From contig NC_088855.1 in assembly GCF_963853765.1 (NCBI RefSeq), forward strand, positions 47,864,001 through 47,928,000: 64,000 bases of DNA, given 5' to 3'. A program made the position numbers and the translations under genes. Numbering within the stretch: position 1 is the stretch's first letter; each line of letters starts with the position of its first letter. The notes under the pieces were generated by a model. It was not told the DNA's origin. It was given only the letters and a program-made list of their open reading frames with translations, and did no database searches. This document shows, one piece after another, positions 48,113 to 60,055 of the stretch. This stretch comes from Magallana gigas (lineage: Eukaryota).

Positions 48113-50166
48113 AACAAGAGGCCAATACGCCTTAACGGTCCCCTGAGTACCATAGCCATGCATAACAAAAGTTTTCGATTAGTCTCATATATGCATTTAA
48201 TTAAGTTTCATTCTGGAGTAGAAAATATATAATATTGTAATGACGACCTCTTTCTATGAAACGTATAATTTTAGCTAAGATCATATTATTGTTCATGACC
48301 TGACATTGAAAAGGTGCAGGGTTCTGATTGAAAATAATTTACCCTTATTTGTTAATATCAAGATAGGTTTTACGTGTATATGTTTTCATAGATTAACTAA
48401 AACAAGGTGGCTAGTATACCAGTAAATACTTTACTATTAACAAGTTTACTTGTCAATATAAAAAATTTAAAAGCTATTTTTGTTTCAAATAATAAATATA
48501 TTTGCATAACTCTTTTGATCATACAATTTCTTAATTACATTATATTCAACGATTAATTACTTAATATGAACAAGCAAAGGAAGATAACTCCATTATGAAA
48601 AAGCAAGGAAAGATAACTCCATTAACTGATACATCCTCCCCAAAACTCTTTCCATATGCTTCCGAAATATCTTAACTTTGATAGACAGCTTCATTCTTTC
48701 TCTTTTCAAAATATGTGAATTAACTCAATTTTTTTTCATTGAAATTCCTGAGCAGAATAAAATAATAAGAAAAATATATACCCCCACCCCTCCCAGCCAC
48801 ATATTCCTTGCATTACATGTAGGCGACATGAAATATTATTAAAGATGACAGCTTCATGTTTTTTTTTTCTAAATATGCAGTTAGTTTTTATTCCGTGTTA
48901 GTAGACGTTTTTAAACATTTTATATACATTAACACTGGCCACACCTTGCGTTAAGAAGCCCTACCCAATACACTATATCAGTGTTTTGGCCCCGCCCTAG
49001 ATTCAAATCCTTACATTGGGAAACATGAAATTTAAAGATTTGATAGATGGCTTTATTTTCTTTCTTTTTATGCAGTCAGTTTATATTCAGTTTCAGCAGA
49101 TGTTAAGAAGACAGTTTTTTAAACATTAAATGCATTAACATTATATGACTATTTTTGCCCCGCCCTAGAGTTAGAACATATGAAATTAGAGATATGAAAT
49201 TAATAATCTTTGTAAAGGGATTCTTGATCTACAAAATTATGAATTCAGTTTTCCTTCGAGGTGTGTGGGAGTAGAGAAGATAATTCTAAACATTATATAA
49301 ACACTATATACATCCATTTTGGCCCCGCCCTAGACTCAAAAATCATACCCCAGGGGACATGAAATTTACAATTTTAAAGGACTTTCTGGTTAACATAATT
49401 ATGAAGTCAGATTTTCTTACGGATGTGTGAAAGTAGAGAAGAAGATTTTAAACACTATATGCATTAACACTATATGACCATATTGTCCCCCTCCTCCCAT
49501 GGACAGAACCCCTGACCCAGGGGCCAAGAATTTTACAATTTAGGTAGAGAAGTTCATGGAAATCATAACCATACATTTAGTTTCTTCCCCATATGAGTGG
49601 GAGTCAAATATAAGATTTTTCTAAGATTTAATATATGTTCACTATATGGTTATAATGACCCCACCTATTAGGACCTGAAACCCTGTCCCAGCAGTCATGA
49701 ATTTCACAATTTAGGTAGAACTCTTCATGGACATCATAACCATGCATTTAGGTTTTTTTTAAATATGTATGGGAGTAGAGAAAAAGATTTTTTAAAGATT
49801 TAATACATTTTTATTATATGCCCGCTCGAGAGCCTGAACCCCTGACGCACAATTTTGGTAGAGGGCTTCATGGACAGCATAACCATGTGATCAGTTTTTT
49901 CCTCACATGTGTGGGGGTAGAGAAGCTTTTATTTTACATTTTTTTTTTTTTTACATATTTTTCTGTTTTACTTTGGAGACCCGGGGTGGCAGAGCCATGA
50001 ACTTCACAAATTAGATTCCTCTTATCATAGAGATACTTCACATTAAAATGCTATGTAGTTTTCAAGAAGAGGTTAAAAATGTAAAATTGTTAACGCACGA
50101 CGGACAATGGACGATGGACGACGGAAGACGACGGACGAAGAACAATTGCAATAAGTGACCTAAAAA
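48113..50166 (-). mobile_element. Degenerate copy of the 36142-37828 Helentron family
   Basis: Same left end (aacaagaggccaa...ttaacggtc), decayed ~168-bp units at ~48840-49960 and the same gacgacggacgaag...attgcaata...gtgacctaaaaa right end. The terminal hairpin is partly deleted. Confidence 0.7.
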
Positions 50167-51041
50167 TCTGTTATGAAAGAGCATCGCCATCGAATTCGTA
50201 AACGTTAATGAGACACCCCTGCGAATGTGTTCGGAATGGTTTTTTTATCGTTGCTAAGTATGTAATAAATCCAGAGGTGCTCGAATGAAAGTTCACGAGA
50301 CTTCACCGAGATTTGTTCAGTTCTTGTGAAATTTCGAGCGGAAGTATAAGTGTTCGGATTATATTCTCAAAATACGTAAGTACTGGTCGTTTTTCATATC
50401 ATATCCTACTTGGATTTATATTAAAACATGAAAACCTTTTAAGATGTAAGTCTTTTTTCACCATCTAGCGGTTATTTACAGTAAACGATAATATTCAGAA
50501 CAGAATTATCGTTCGTGTTCAACCACGTGTAGAGTGGTTGAAAATATAAACATTGGGTTGCTTAATAAAATCATAGCCATGTTTGATGCTTGTGGTGTGC
50601 AATACCATGTTTTTAGAAAAATAATGAGTGTCTGTTTTGCATAAAAACTTAGTATATCGAGCCATTTCAAGGAACATTCTGCATAAAATAGTATAGTCTG
50701 TTTCACTATTGATGCTATTACTAGGTCAGGCGCGGATCAAAAATTAATCCTCAGGGGGATCTCTACAAGAATGTTAATTGTTGCAACAGCAGACAAAAAC
50801 TATTTTTGTATTGTCACATTTTATCCACCAATTAATAAAGATAAAGTTTAAAATCAATAAACCTCTACATTTAATATTTGATTCGTTGATTCTATGAAAT
50901 ACACTATAAACACGAGGCATGATTTTTACTGCGAAACTGAAAGGGTCAAATAAAATCACGTGGTCTAAAGTTTAAATGACAATAACATTCGCAGGGGTGT
51001 GAGAGAGCATATGAAATGTTTGTTTGGTTGAGCTTTATGAC

Positions 51042-51517
51042 TTAAAGGGGCATGGTTACGATTTTGGTCAAATTTTATTTTTATGTTTTTATTATTTACA
51101 ATGCTTTAGAAATGCATTTCTACTGATCAAATTAAATTTGAGAGTCATTCGTAGAGTAATAAGCAAGAAACAGGGCTTAAAATTCTTTGTTATGTAAACA
51201 AGGCTCGTGCCCTGTTTTTGTTTACATAGATTCCATATACCAGTATACAATCTTTTTCCAGCTTATTTGTCTATCTTTTTATTTATTTTAAGCATAGATA
51301 TACAGATCCTAACGTTTAGCACATTCGTTTTAGGTTTTACTTCAAAGTTCAAAATGTAAACAAACGCTTTGTTTACATAGCGAATAATTTCAAGCTCTGT
51401 AATTCAACAAATGAGACTCAAATTTCGGTTGCTTATTAAAAATGCCTTTCTGAAGCATTTTAAATATTTAAATCGGAAAAATAACTTTTGACCAAAATCG
51501 TGACCATGCCCCTTTAA
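51042..51517. mobile_element. TTAA-flanked MITE, family C copy 3
   Basis: ttaa-aggggcatggttacgattttggtca ... tgaccaaaatcgtgaccatgcccct-ttaa. Its flanks differ from those of copy 2, so it is an independent insertion. Confidence 0.8.
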
Positions 51518-53365
51518 AAGCATTATTCGAGTTTTCGAACGCCGACGTCCTATTCATTTTAAACCTGCGCAAATATCTGGAGAAGTATTAGGGACGCTGT
51601 AAGCTGTAGAAAGTGTGAGGACAGGTATATCTTGTTGTGAGAATGGTTAGGCTGACAGTTATTGGAAATCTTGAGATTGTCTTTATAACGATTTTTAAAA
51701 GATCGTGACAAAATATGGTTTTGATGAACAAAGGAGCCTCTACTATATTCACGACCTCAGAATCAGAGGGTTCTGATGTTAGACAGGGCTCTATTTGTCT
51801 TATAGTGACTTGTTATGAATTGCTTTAAACATATCTTCAGTTATGGTGGACAAACATTTGTCAGACATGGTCATCACCATTAAATTTGTTTTAATGAGTG
51901 GCTCCTGGTTATGACTATTGGTGAAAGTGTAAGGCTCTATATATTAACCTATTGCATTTGGGAACTCCAAAAATGCACAAACTTATGCCGAGTGTCCCAT
52001 TTTACGTTTTTCTTACAAGCTTTGTATGGGTGAAATCTTTCCTTATTAAATATAAAGGGAATTTGCAGCTGAATTCAAAATTAACAATTTCCAAATATTG
52101 TATGTATGGGGGAAAATTTGGCGAGGTGTACTATGAGATTAACTTATAACTCTATCACATAGGATTGAGAAACTTTATTAAGCCAGTCCTATCCCGAAAA
52201 TTTGATTAAGTATATGTTTTTCTGCCATGCTCTAATCATTTCTTATTTTCTTTAATTAGACTAACCTGTCGCATTTGTGGAAGTGTTCAGGAAATAAGTA
52301 AAGGTAGACATATATCTACTCATCTTCTTTTCATCTTCAAAGAATTGGAAGTGTCTTGTGGTCAAGTTTAAAATACCGTTGGGTAAACATTGCGCATGCA
52401 GTATTTCTGTTAAGACCCCTGAATTTCTATGTAAGGGGGGGGGCCTAAAGATTTGTCAATGGCATGTAGCAATTAAAAGGCAGGTTGTATAAGATATGCA
52501 GATTGCATTCTTAGCCACCATGCTTGTCAGGTATAGAGTCACATGGTTTCCGCATCTTTACTTGCTATATAATAATTATGTGATACATTGTGTAAATTTT
52601 AGATCGAAATTGATTAGTTGCATAAGGTAAAAATGGTGTTTTCTTTTTCGAGTGCCCGGTGTAGTGATATGATTTAAAAAGAAAATAACTAGAGCAACCA
52701 TTAGTTGTGATTAGTTATAATTTAATTTACACATAGCTAAATCAATATAAACGATGCCTAAATTACACTACAAAATAAGCAGTTCCTTTCATTGGGAAAC
52801 TGTCTTCAATATGTTAAAACCTATGAGATGTGTCTTAAATTGTTGCAACTGCAATTATAAAAATCAATTATATATTTTATTGAGTATGTGTATATACTAC
52901 AAGGACACTATACAGTAATGATGAATTATGTATAATGCCTATGATATGTATATTACACTTTAAAAAACCTTTTTATAAACGAAATATAAATAAAGAGGGT
53001 ATGACGAGTTCAATGTAGAGAAATCGTAAACTTGATGTTCTTTGAATATGAGTTATTGTGTCCTGGGTCTCGTTTCTCAAAAGGATTTACATCCAGGGGT
53101 ACGCTTAGACCGAACTAAATCAGGGACAAAACCTCCAAACCCGACTTAGTTGCGTTTCACAAAAAGGCAAAAACTTATTTTGGACTAATTTAGGGTTTAA
53201 ATCTACGCCTGTTCATAGGTAGGCGTATGTCCATTAAAATTTGTACACAAAATTTGCGAAAATGTGTTAATTTTAAAGTAGTTTGCTGGTAAAGTTAATA
53301 GATAATACTAAATTAAATTGTATGTCAGTATGTTTAAGAAAAAAAGCATTACAATATATTTGAAT

Positions 53366-53372
<7 letters not shown>

Positions 53373-53440
<68 letters not shown>
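53373..53440. repeat. (TA)n microsatellite
   Basis: Perfect TA run. Confidence 0.95.
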
Positions 53441-53445
<5 letters not shown>

Positions 53446-53946
53446 TTTTCCTATTTCTAGATACATTTGAAAAAATCAATTTAATAAAAATGAAATAAAG
53501 GCTTAACTCCATAAACGTTGATGGTATACATTAGTACTCGTAAATGAAGATTAAATGAAGTATTTAATATAAACTTATTGATTATAGAGATGCTATATTC
53601 AAAAATGTACATCATTACAACACCGAGTACATACAATGTGCATCATATAAATGTTTATAGGTACTTATTATTCGATTTTGAATTCAACAAAACAATTGCT
53701 ATGGTGACATTGTTAAATAAGCCATTATTTATATTCATATTTGAAGATTTTCTTGAATTAGTACTAAATGTATATGGAACATGTTAAACGGAGACTGAGA
53801 TTGATACAATGTGTCGATACTAAATGTGATCCTCTATTTTAATTATTTAAATTATTTAATTATATGGATCGACTTTAAAACAACGAGTACATGTTAATAA
53901 AATAAAACAAAAATAAGTAATCCCATGCTAATGGAAACAAAAGTAA

Positions 53947-56058
53947 CTATTTCCGCATAAATGAGATTATTTTCTTCCGGAATAATTTGATTCCGTTAGC
54001 ATTTGTTGTCCATTCGACACTTTCGGCCTCTTTTAACAATGTTTTCAATGCTATAGTGAAATGTTTGGAATCTACGTCATTCAAAATAATGAGTAAAATT
54101 TTGTCTTTATTACCGTCGGCTAATTGGTGGTTTGCTATTACAGTTTCAAACTGACACCACTGATCTTTCATGAAATTGTTCGAAAGAACTAAAATAAGCT
54201 TACGACTAGATTCTATGTTGTCAAAAATATTATCCACATGAGAACCTATTGGTAGAAAGTTTCTTTCGTGAAGACACAACTTGTAGTTTTCTTTTTTCTC
54301 CAAAATGTCGACGAGCTCTGACATAATCCACTTCCGGTCATGCGTATCATAAGCAACAAAACCATCGTATTCTGTAGCTCTGTCTACAAGTCTCTGGTAT
54401 CCCTTTTGTCTTCCATGAGTACAGTTATGTAAATAATACAATATGTCCCATCGGAATTTTCTGATAAGTACAAAAGCAAATAAGAAAATGAACACAAATG
54501 ATCCTGTTATCAAGCCTATAACAATACCACGATTCAAAACATGGCATGTCATTTTAAGAGAATTCAGATGACCTCCTATGTGGCTAGTTTTCCATTCCTT
54601 TGGTGAATCACACTGGTTTTCTTCGTATTTGTTCACGTGTTTGATATTTTTGTTTGACCACTGAATGAACCATTCAAGATCACAGTCGCATGCAAATGGA
54701 TTATATGAAACATCTATGGATAGATTTGGGTTGTTCCAGATGGTCTCTGTAAACGAGTCCTGTTTAATAGTTGTGAGATGGTTTTTCCGAAGAATTATTT
54801 CACCGAGTACAGAATTGTTTTGAAACAAATCCCCGTGAATGTGACGTATGAAATTTCCTTGCAGATTGATTGACTTGAGATTGGAAAGGTGCGAAGTGGG
54901 AGGAACAAAATTCAAGGAACAGTGACGCAACATTAGAATTTCCAAATTCTTCAATGGTAGTAACATGTTATAAAAATCATCCCTGTCAAAACTTAAAAAA
55001 TCAAAATGCGACACATCTAAAGTTTTGAGCTTTGGACAATTGTTGAAAATAGTTTTATGTTTCAGCAACTGCTTTGTATCTCTTTTAGGCATGCTTATAA
55101 AAAGTTCAATCAAAAGTTTCGATCGAAAAGCATCTTCCTCAATCAACAAATCGTAAGTTAACATATTTTCCAGTCCTAATTTCTCCAGTTTTGATATGGT
55201 AGAAAAAGCGTTATTTTTTAGGATACTTATTGCATTAAAGGATAGATTAAGATATCTTAATTGTGGTAAATAATGGCCTTGGCGATAAAATTCTGACGAG
55301 TCCGATATATGATTAATTGCGAGCCACAAATACATCAGTTTCGGAACCAACGATTCATTGTTTGCATTACACATTTTTGGAAGCCCGGGAAGTTCGTTTA
55401 AAGTTAGATTAAGATGAGTAACTTTATCAAGTCCCGTCATGTTTAAGGCAAGTATCTTGTTATTACTCAGATCCAACGTATTTAAGTTGGTCAGATTTTG
55501 AAATGCTGCTCCATTAACCTGCACCAAATTCCAGTTTTGGAGTTGAAGAGAATTGAGAGAACTGTTTCCTTCAAAACTCTCGAACGCATCTTCAGGAAGT
55601 GTAGACGGTGCCTGTTTGACATCGGATATTTTAAGGGTTTCTATACGTGAACTGTTCAAATTCTCCAAAACCAAAAGTATGTTTCTGTAAGTGAGATTAT
55701 TTCTGGAGAGGTCCAACTGTTTTATATATGGGAGGGAAACAAATGCTTCTGCTGAAATATTTTTAACTTGACAATTTCTCAGACTTAGGTTCTCTATTTT
55801 CAATGACTTAATTGGATCAAAGAAGAGAGTACCAATGTACCCGAAGTTGTTTCCAAACAAATTAAGATTTATTATTGTCTCTGGAAGTTGATTTGCAAGA
55901 ATTTGCAGGGACTCCAGAGTCCTATTGGAACAATCAGCTGTTATATTTGTGCACAAGCAAGGTGTATAAGGACAAAAGTTCAAGGATGACTTTTTCTTTT
56001 CGAAAATTGCTATGGTCAGCGCTAACATCCGTATCACAAGAATTTGTTTTAAAACCAT
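53947..56058 (-). CDS. Toll-like receptor, paralog C (703 aa)
   Basis: Same architecture, with an intact ORF. The tttcag acceptor lies 3 nt before the ATG. TIR box 3 reads LFRKK rather than LFWK. Confidence 0.93.
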   Translation of the reverse strand: MVLKQILVIRMLALTIAIFEKKKSSLNFCPYTPCLCTNITADCSNRTLESLQILANQLPETIINLNLFGNNFGYIGTLFFDPIKSLKIENLSLRNCQVKNISAEAFVSLPYIKQLDLSRNNLTYRNILLVLENLNSSRIETLKISDVKQAPSTLPEDAFESFEGNSSLNSLQLQNWNLVQVNGAAFQNLTNLNTLDLSNNKILALNMTGLDKVTHLNLTLNELPGLPKMCNANNESLVPKLMYLWLAINHISDSSEFYRQGHYLPQLRYLNLSFNAISILKNNAFSTISKLEKLGLENMLTYDLLIEEDAFRSKLLIELFISMPKRDTKQLLKHKTIFNNCPKLKTLDVSHFDFLSFDRDDFYNMLLPLKNLEILMLRHCSLNFVPPTSHLSNLKSINLQGNFIRHIHGDLFQNNSVLGEIILRKNHLTTIKQDSFTETIWNNPNLSIDVSYNPFACDCDLEWFIQWSNKNIKHVNKYEENQCDSPKEWKTSHIGGHLNSLKMTCHVLNRGIVIGLITGSFVFIFLFAFVLIRKFRWDILYYLHNCTHGRQKGYQRLVDRATEYDGFVAYDTHDRKWIMSELVDILEKKENYKLCLHERNFLPIGSHVDNIFDNIESSRKLILVLSNNFMKDQWCQFETVIANHQLADGNKDKILLIILNDVDSKHFTIALKTLLKEAESVEWTTNANGIKLFRKKIISFMRK

Positions 56059-56798
56059 GACCTGAAAGATGTATCTAGCATCAAAATGCCTGGCGTAAGA
56101 ACGTCATATCTAAATAATCATTATCATATTCATTCATTGGATCAACTATTCCAATTGAAAATTCAAACATGCCAAAGAAAACATTATATAACTTCTTAAA
56201 AGTGATTTTCGATCCACATGAAGTCGAATGAAATTACTCAAGTGTAAAATTTTATCCAAACAAAATAAAATGGAACAAATAATAACTTCGTTGATGTTCA
56301 GGTTTTGGAAGATTAAGTAACAACAGTTGACTACTACATTATGATAATTCAATAAAAAGTTTTATCTAAAAAGCATGCTATATTACCATTCAGGTTTCAT
56401 TTAAATTGGCTGTTTTGTAGTTACTTGATATTTCCGCAAATGACAACACTTTTTTTCTCCTTTAAATAAAAATGTCCTACTAGTGTTGTGAATTGACAGT
56501 AAGGCAATAATTGGAGAACGCTATGATGTGTAAAATAAAATCAATAAAATGTTTTTTCCTCATTATTAAAGCTGAATGCAGTTTGTAAGAGGAACAATTT
56601 TTCATGATGTATTTTAAATTGAATCTGTATTTCCCGTGTAGCTGATCTCTCTGAAATTTTTTTAGACCGTTCAAAACGTATCGGTTTCAAGATTTCACCT
56701 GTTTGGATGTATGTACTAGTACATGAGAAAAACGCTTATTTCGGTATACAGGAACAGATCGCTTTAAAACTGTTTCTAAATGAATCATAATTGATTTC

Positions 56799-56802
<4 letters not shown>

Positions 56803-56849
<47 letters not shown>
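56803..56849. repeat. (GA)n microsatellite
   Basis: Perfect GA run. Confidence 0.95.
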
Positions 56850-56853
<4 letters not shown>

Positions 56854-57629
56854 TATAGTGGATGTAAATTTTTGTCAATGATCTTGGAACGGCGTGTTTG
56901 ATGTAAAAGAATGAATAAGAGTATGTCAAAAATCAAGTGAACTTAAATCTTCCGTAGTTCTTCTTGTTTGTTGAATCACTTTGTCTTTTTTACCCATCTA
57001 TTTTATATATTGTTCATCCTCGTTATATAAAATACAAATTATCATGATAAATTCAAGGAAAATAACTTACTTTCTTAACTTCCGAGAATTGTCACTTGCT
57101 AACTTTTCATCCTTGGACCACACAGTTACCGAGTGCGCTTAACATTTTACACAAGCACTTGTATCCCCATCACTTCTTTAGGAAGCTTTCATGTCACAAG
57201 AAGGAAGGGAGTTGATAAATTTAAAGGTTTTTCAACAACTCATTGAGTTCTACTTTGTTGCTAGGACCAACAAAAATCTGCTCAGGATAGTAAGGGCAAC
57301 TATGCCAAGTATATTTTCAACATTTATATTTATAGGGATTTGTATTATATTTACCTAATGCAGATATGGGCGGGTTTCACTGATGTTTCGCTTTTTTTTC
57401 ATAACAAATGGAAGATTTAAAAAAAACCTGTAGATATATATTTTACTTCACCAGAAATAATTTTATTTACAGCGAAGCTTTTTGTGAAAAGTAACTTCAA
57501 AATTGTTAAAACCACAATTAACTCCCACCAACAGTGGGTCCCGATGAATTTTGCATTAAAGGAATATTTGAGGAGTTAGAAAACGCCTTTAGCGTTTTCT
57601 CGAGGGCAACTGTTAATGTAGACACATTC

Positions 57630-57905
57630 ACATAAAAATGAGCTAAACATAGTTTTGTTGTTTATAACCTAGGTTTATCGACCGTTAACTATAGTTTACG
57701 AACCGTAATCTATAGTAAACGATTCGTTTACTGTAGTTTTCATATGTAAAATCATACTCAATAGTTAACGATTCTAAACTATAGTTGACAAATGCTAAGT
57801 TTTTGTGCTTTAAATAAACAAGCACTAGTTTTCTGTCGTAAACTAATGTTTACAACCGATAAACATAGTTTATCACTATGAAACTCTGTTTAGCTAATTT
57901 TTGTA
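57630..57905. mobile_element. Palindromic MITE-like element
   Basis: acataaaaatgagctaaacatagttt ... aaactctgtttagctaatttttgta, with internal aactatagtt-type subrepeats. Confidence 0.55.
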
Positions 57906-59189
57906 AATTTGGCGTGCCATAAATTTATTCTTATATATCACAGACTCTTGACTTTTTCAACTGTGACCCATTCCTACAAGTTCACCAAAAGTAAAGAGGG
58001 GATTTAGATGTCAGTAAAGGAAATAAAAAATATATAGTCCTTATTTGATTCTGAAGGCTTTAGTTTCCTGACATCTAGATTTAATGAACATTGAATCAAT
58101 GTATTTTTTTAACATGTCAAAAACCAGACATCAGAAACCAGAAAACAATACTATTTCCTTAAAGTAGAGATTTTTTTATGCCCCCTCCCCAATAACTACC
58201 AATAAGATTCTACTAAATATTTCACTTGGGTCACTGAGACATATATAAAAGTATTAAGCCCTCCCTAGGTGGGATGGGTGGTTTTTTTGTTTTGTTTTTT
58301 TGGTTTGTTTTTTGGGGTTTTTTTTATAGCTAGAGTTTTTAGGCAAGATAATTCTCACAGTAATAGAATTCATGACCAATTATGCCCAAAAATCTACAGA
58401 GAATTCGTAGTTATTGATATAGATAAATTTTGCCAATAAATGCATTACTAAGTACATGTGTATGCGACAAATATTGCTGGTATAATACACTTCCTGTATT
58501 TTGATGTCCGGGAGAACGGAAACGCACCTCGAGTTACTCAACTGAGCAGCTGTTTTTCCAATTATAAATGTACATCTCTCTGTCAAATGTTAATATTTGA
58601 ATTTTTAAAAATGTCGTAAATCTCCATTCTCTATGTAAAGAGGTTTTTTTTTTTTTACCTAGACAGTTCTTCTAAATTAATGGCCTTTTAAAATGAAATT
58701 CTGTTGAGAACGATGAACAAATAAAAATTGTTTTTTTTAAATATTGAAACCTCTGGATGCATTTGAATTTATCGCATAATGCAGGTGTTCTGTAGTTCTG
58801 TTGGATTGGACCGAGAAAAATAACCTGGAGGTTTTTGAGATATGGCCCAAAAAATAATGTGTTCTTGACTAAGCTGTAATATCTAGAACACTAAAATATC
58901 CTTACATTTTGGAATAATAAATCAGTTTCAATGAATCTGAAAAACTAAAACTGGTGATATCAAATGCGGCCCCCATTACATGAATTGGAATCAATATCAA
59001 TTTTGAGAATTTGTTTCAGTGCAAAGCCATACAAAGATATATGGAATAAAAAAGAGCCAAGAAACCTTGTAAACCATGGCAAACGCCGCAATGTAAAGCC
59101 TTGCAGTAAAACATTATGTGAACTTCGTTTATTTTACAACGATTGACAAAGAAGTCCTACAACTTATATTAATATTTCTCATTGGCACG

Positions 59190-59240
59190 GATGTTATCGC
59201 GTGGGGTCATTGATGTGAGAGGAAGCCGGAGGGCCCGTAA
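59190..59240. repeat. Possible SINE fragment
   Basis: gtgagaggaagccggagggcccg resembles the ggaaaccggagtacccgg segment of tRNA-derived SINEs read antisense. It is very short. Confidence 0.3.
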
Positions 59241-59646
59241 TAGTAGATACTTGCAATATAAACACGTAGTACTACAGTCTTCAAATAAAACAAAATATAT
59301 CAATGAATTCTCATACATACAAAAGAGATAATTTTATTGCTTGAAATTGTTCTTTTCATGTAGTTAGTTATGAAATATACAAAAATAATAGTCTAATATC
59401 CAAAGTATTTACAAATTTACATGTGCCCTTTCTTCCCAAATTTAACATTGAAAAAAAAATTGCAAAAATTTATTACATCTTGAATCAAACAATACAAAGG
59501 GCTAGTGCAGTGAATAAGATGAATTATCTACAATTTACAATAACATCAATGGATTTTTTAGCTGCTTCAAGATGCTATAAACCTTACAGAAGTCATACAG
59601 ACTCACACTATATATATATACATCCATCAAAATAGTACAGAATTTT

Positions 59647-59960
59647 TTAAGGTGGTATGGGGCACCTGCCAATATTAACATGGACGATAGAAAATTATAA
59701 TCGAAATACTTTAACCTTTTTCAAATTTTCAAATTTTACAATATTTGACCAAAAAATAAATAGAAAAAGTAGAAATTGTAAAATCCCTAATGGGATTCGA
59801 ACTCATGACATACAGATTAGTAGATCACACTTTCATCCATTGCGCTATGCTGATAGATAACAATTTTGGTGTAGAAAACATTTATAAAATCATACTTTAT
59901 TTTATTGTTTATTTTGATGGGAAGTATGTCACAATGTGGAGGTGTCCCATACCAGCTTAA
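59647..59960. mobile_element. TTAA-flanked TIR element (E) containing a degenerate tRNA-like sequence
   Basis: ttaa-ggtggtatggggcacc ... ggtgtcccataccagc-ttaa. On the minus strand, an A box (tagcgcaatgg) and a B box (gagttcgaatcc) lie within 59785-59853. Confidence 0.7.
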
Positions 59961-60055
59961 GAAATGTCAGTGATAGAAAAACCCTCCATACTGCATGACT
60001 GTCCAATCCCTGTCTTTTGTGATACGTTGACTGCAGCACATAATATAACTGGTTC

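Noticed and set aside
59785-59853. Functional tRNA gene
   Set aside because: The acceptor and anticodon stems do not pair, and it lies inside a TIR element.
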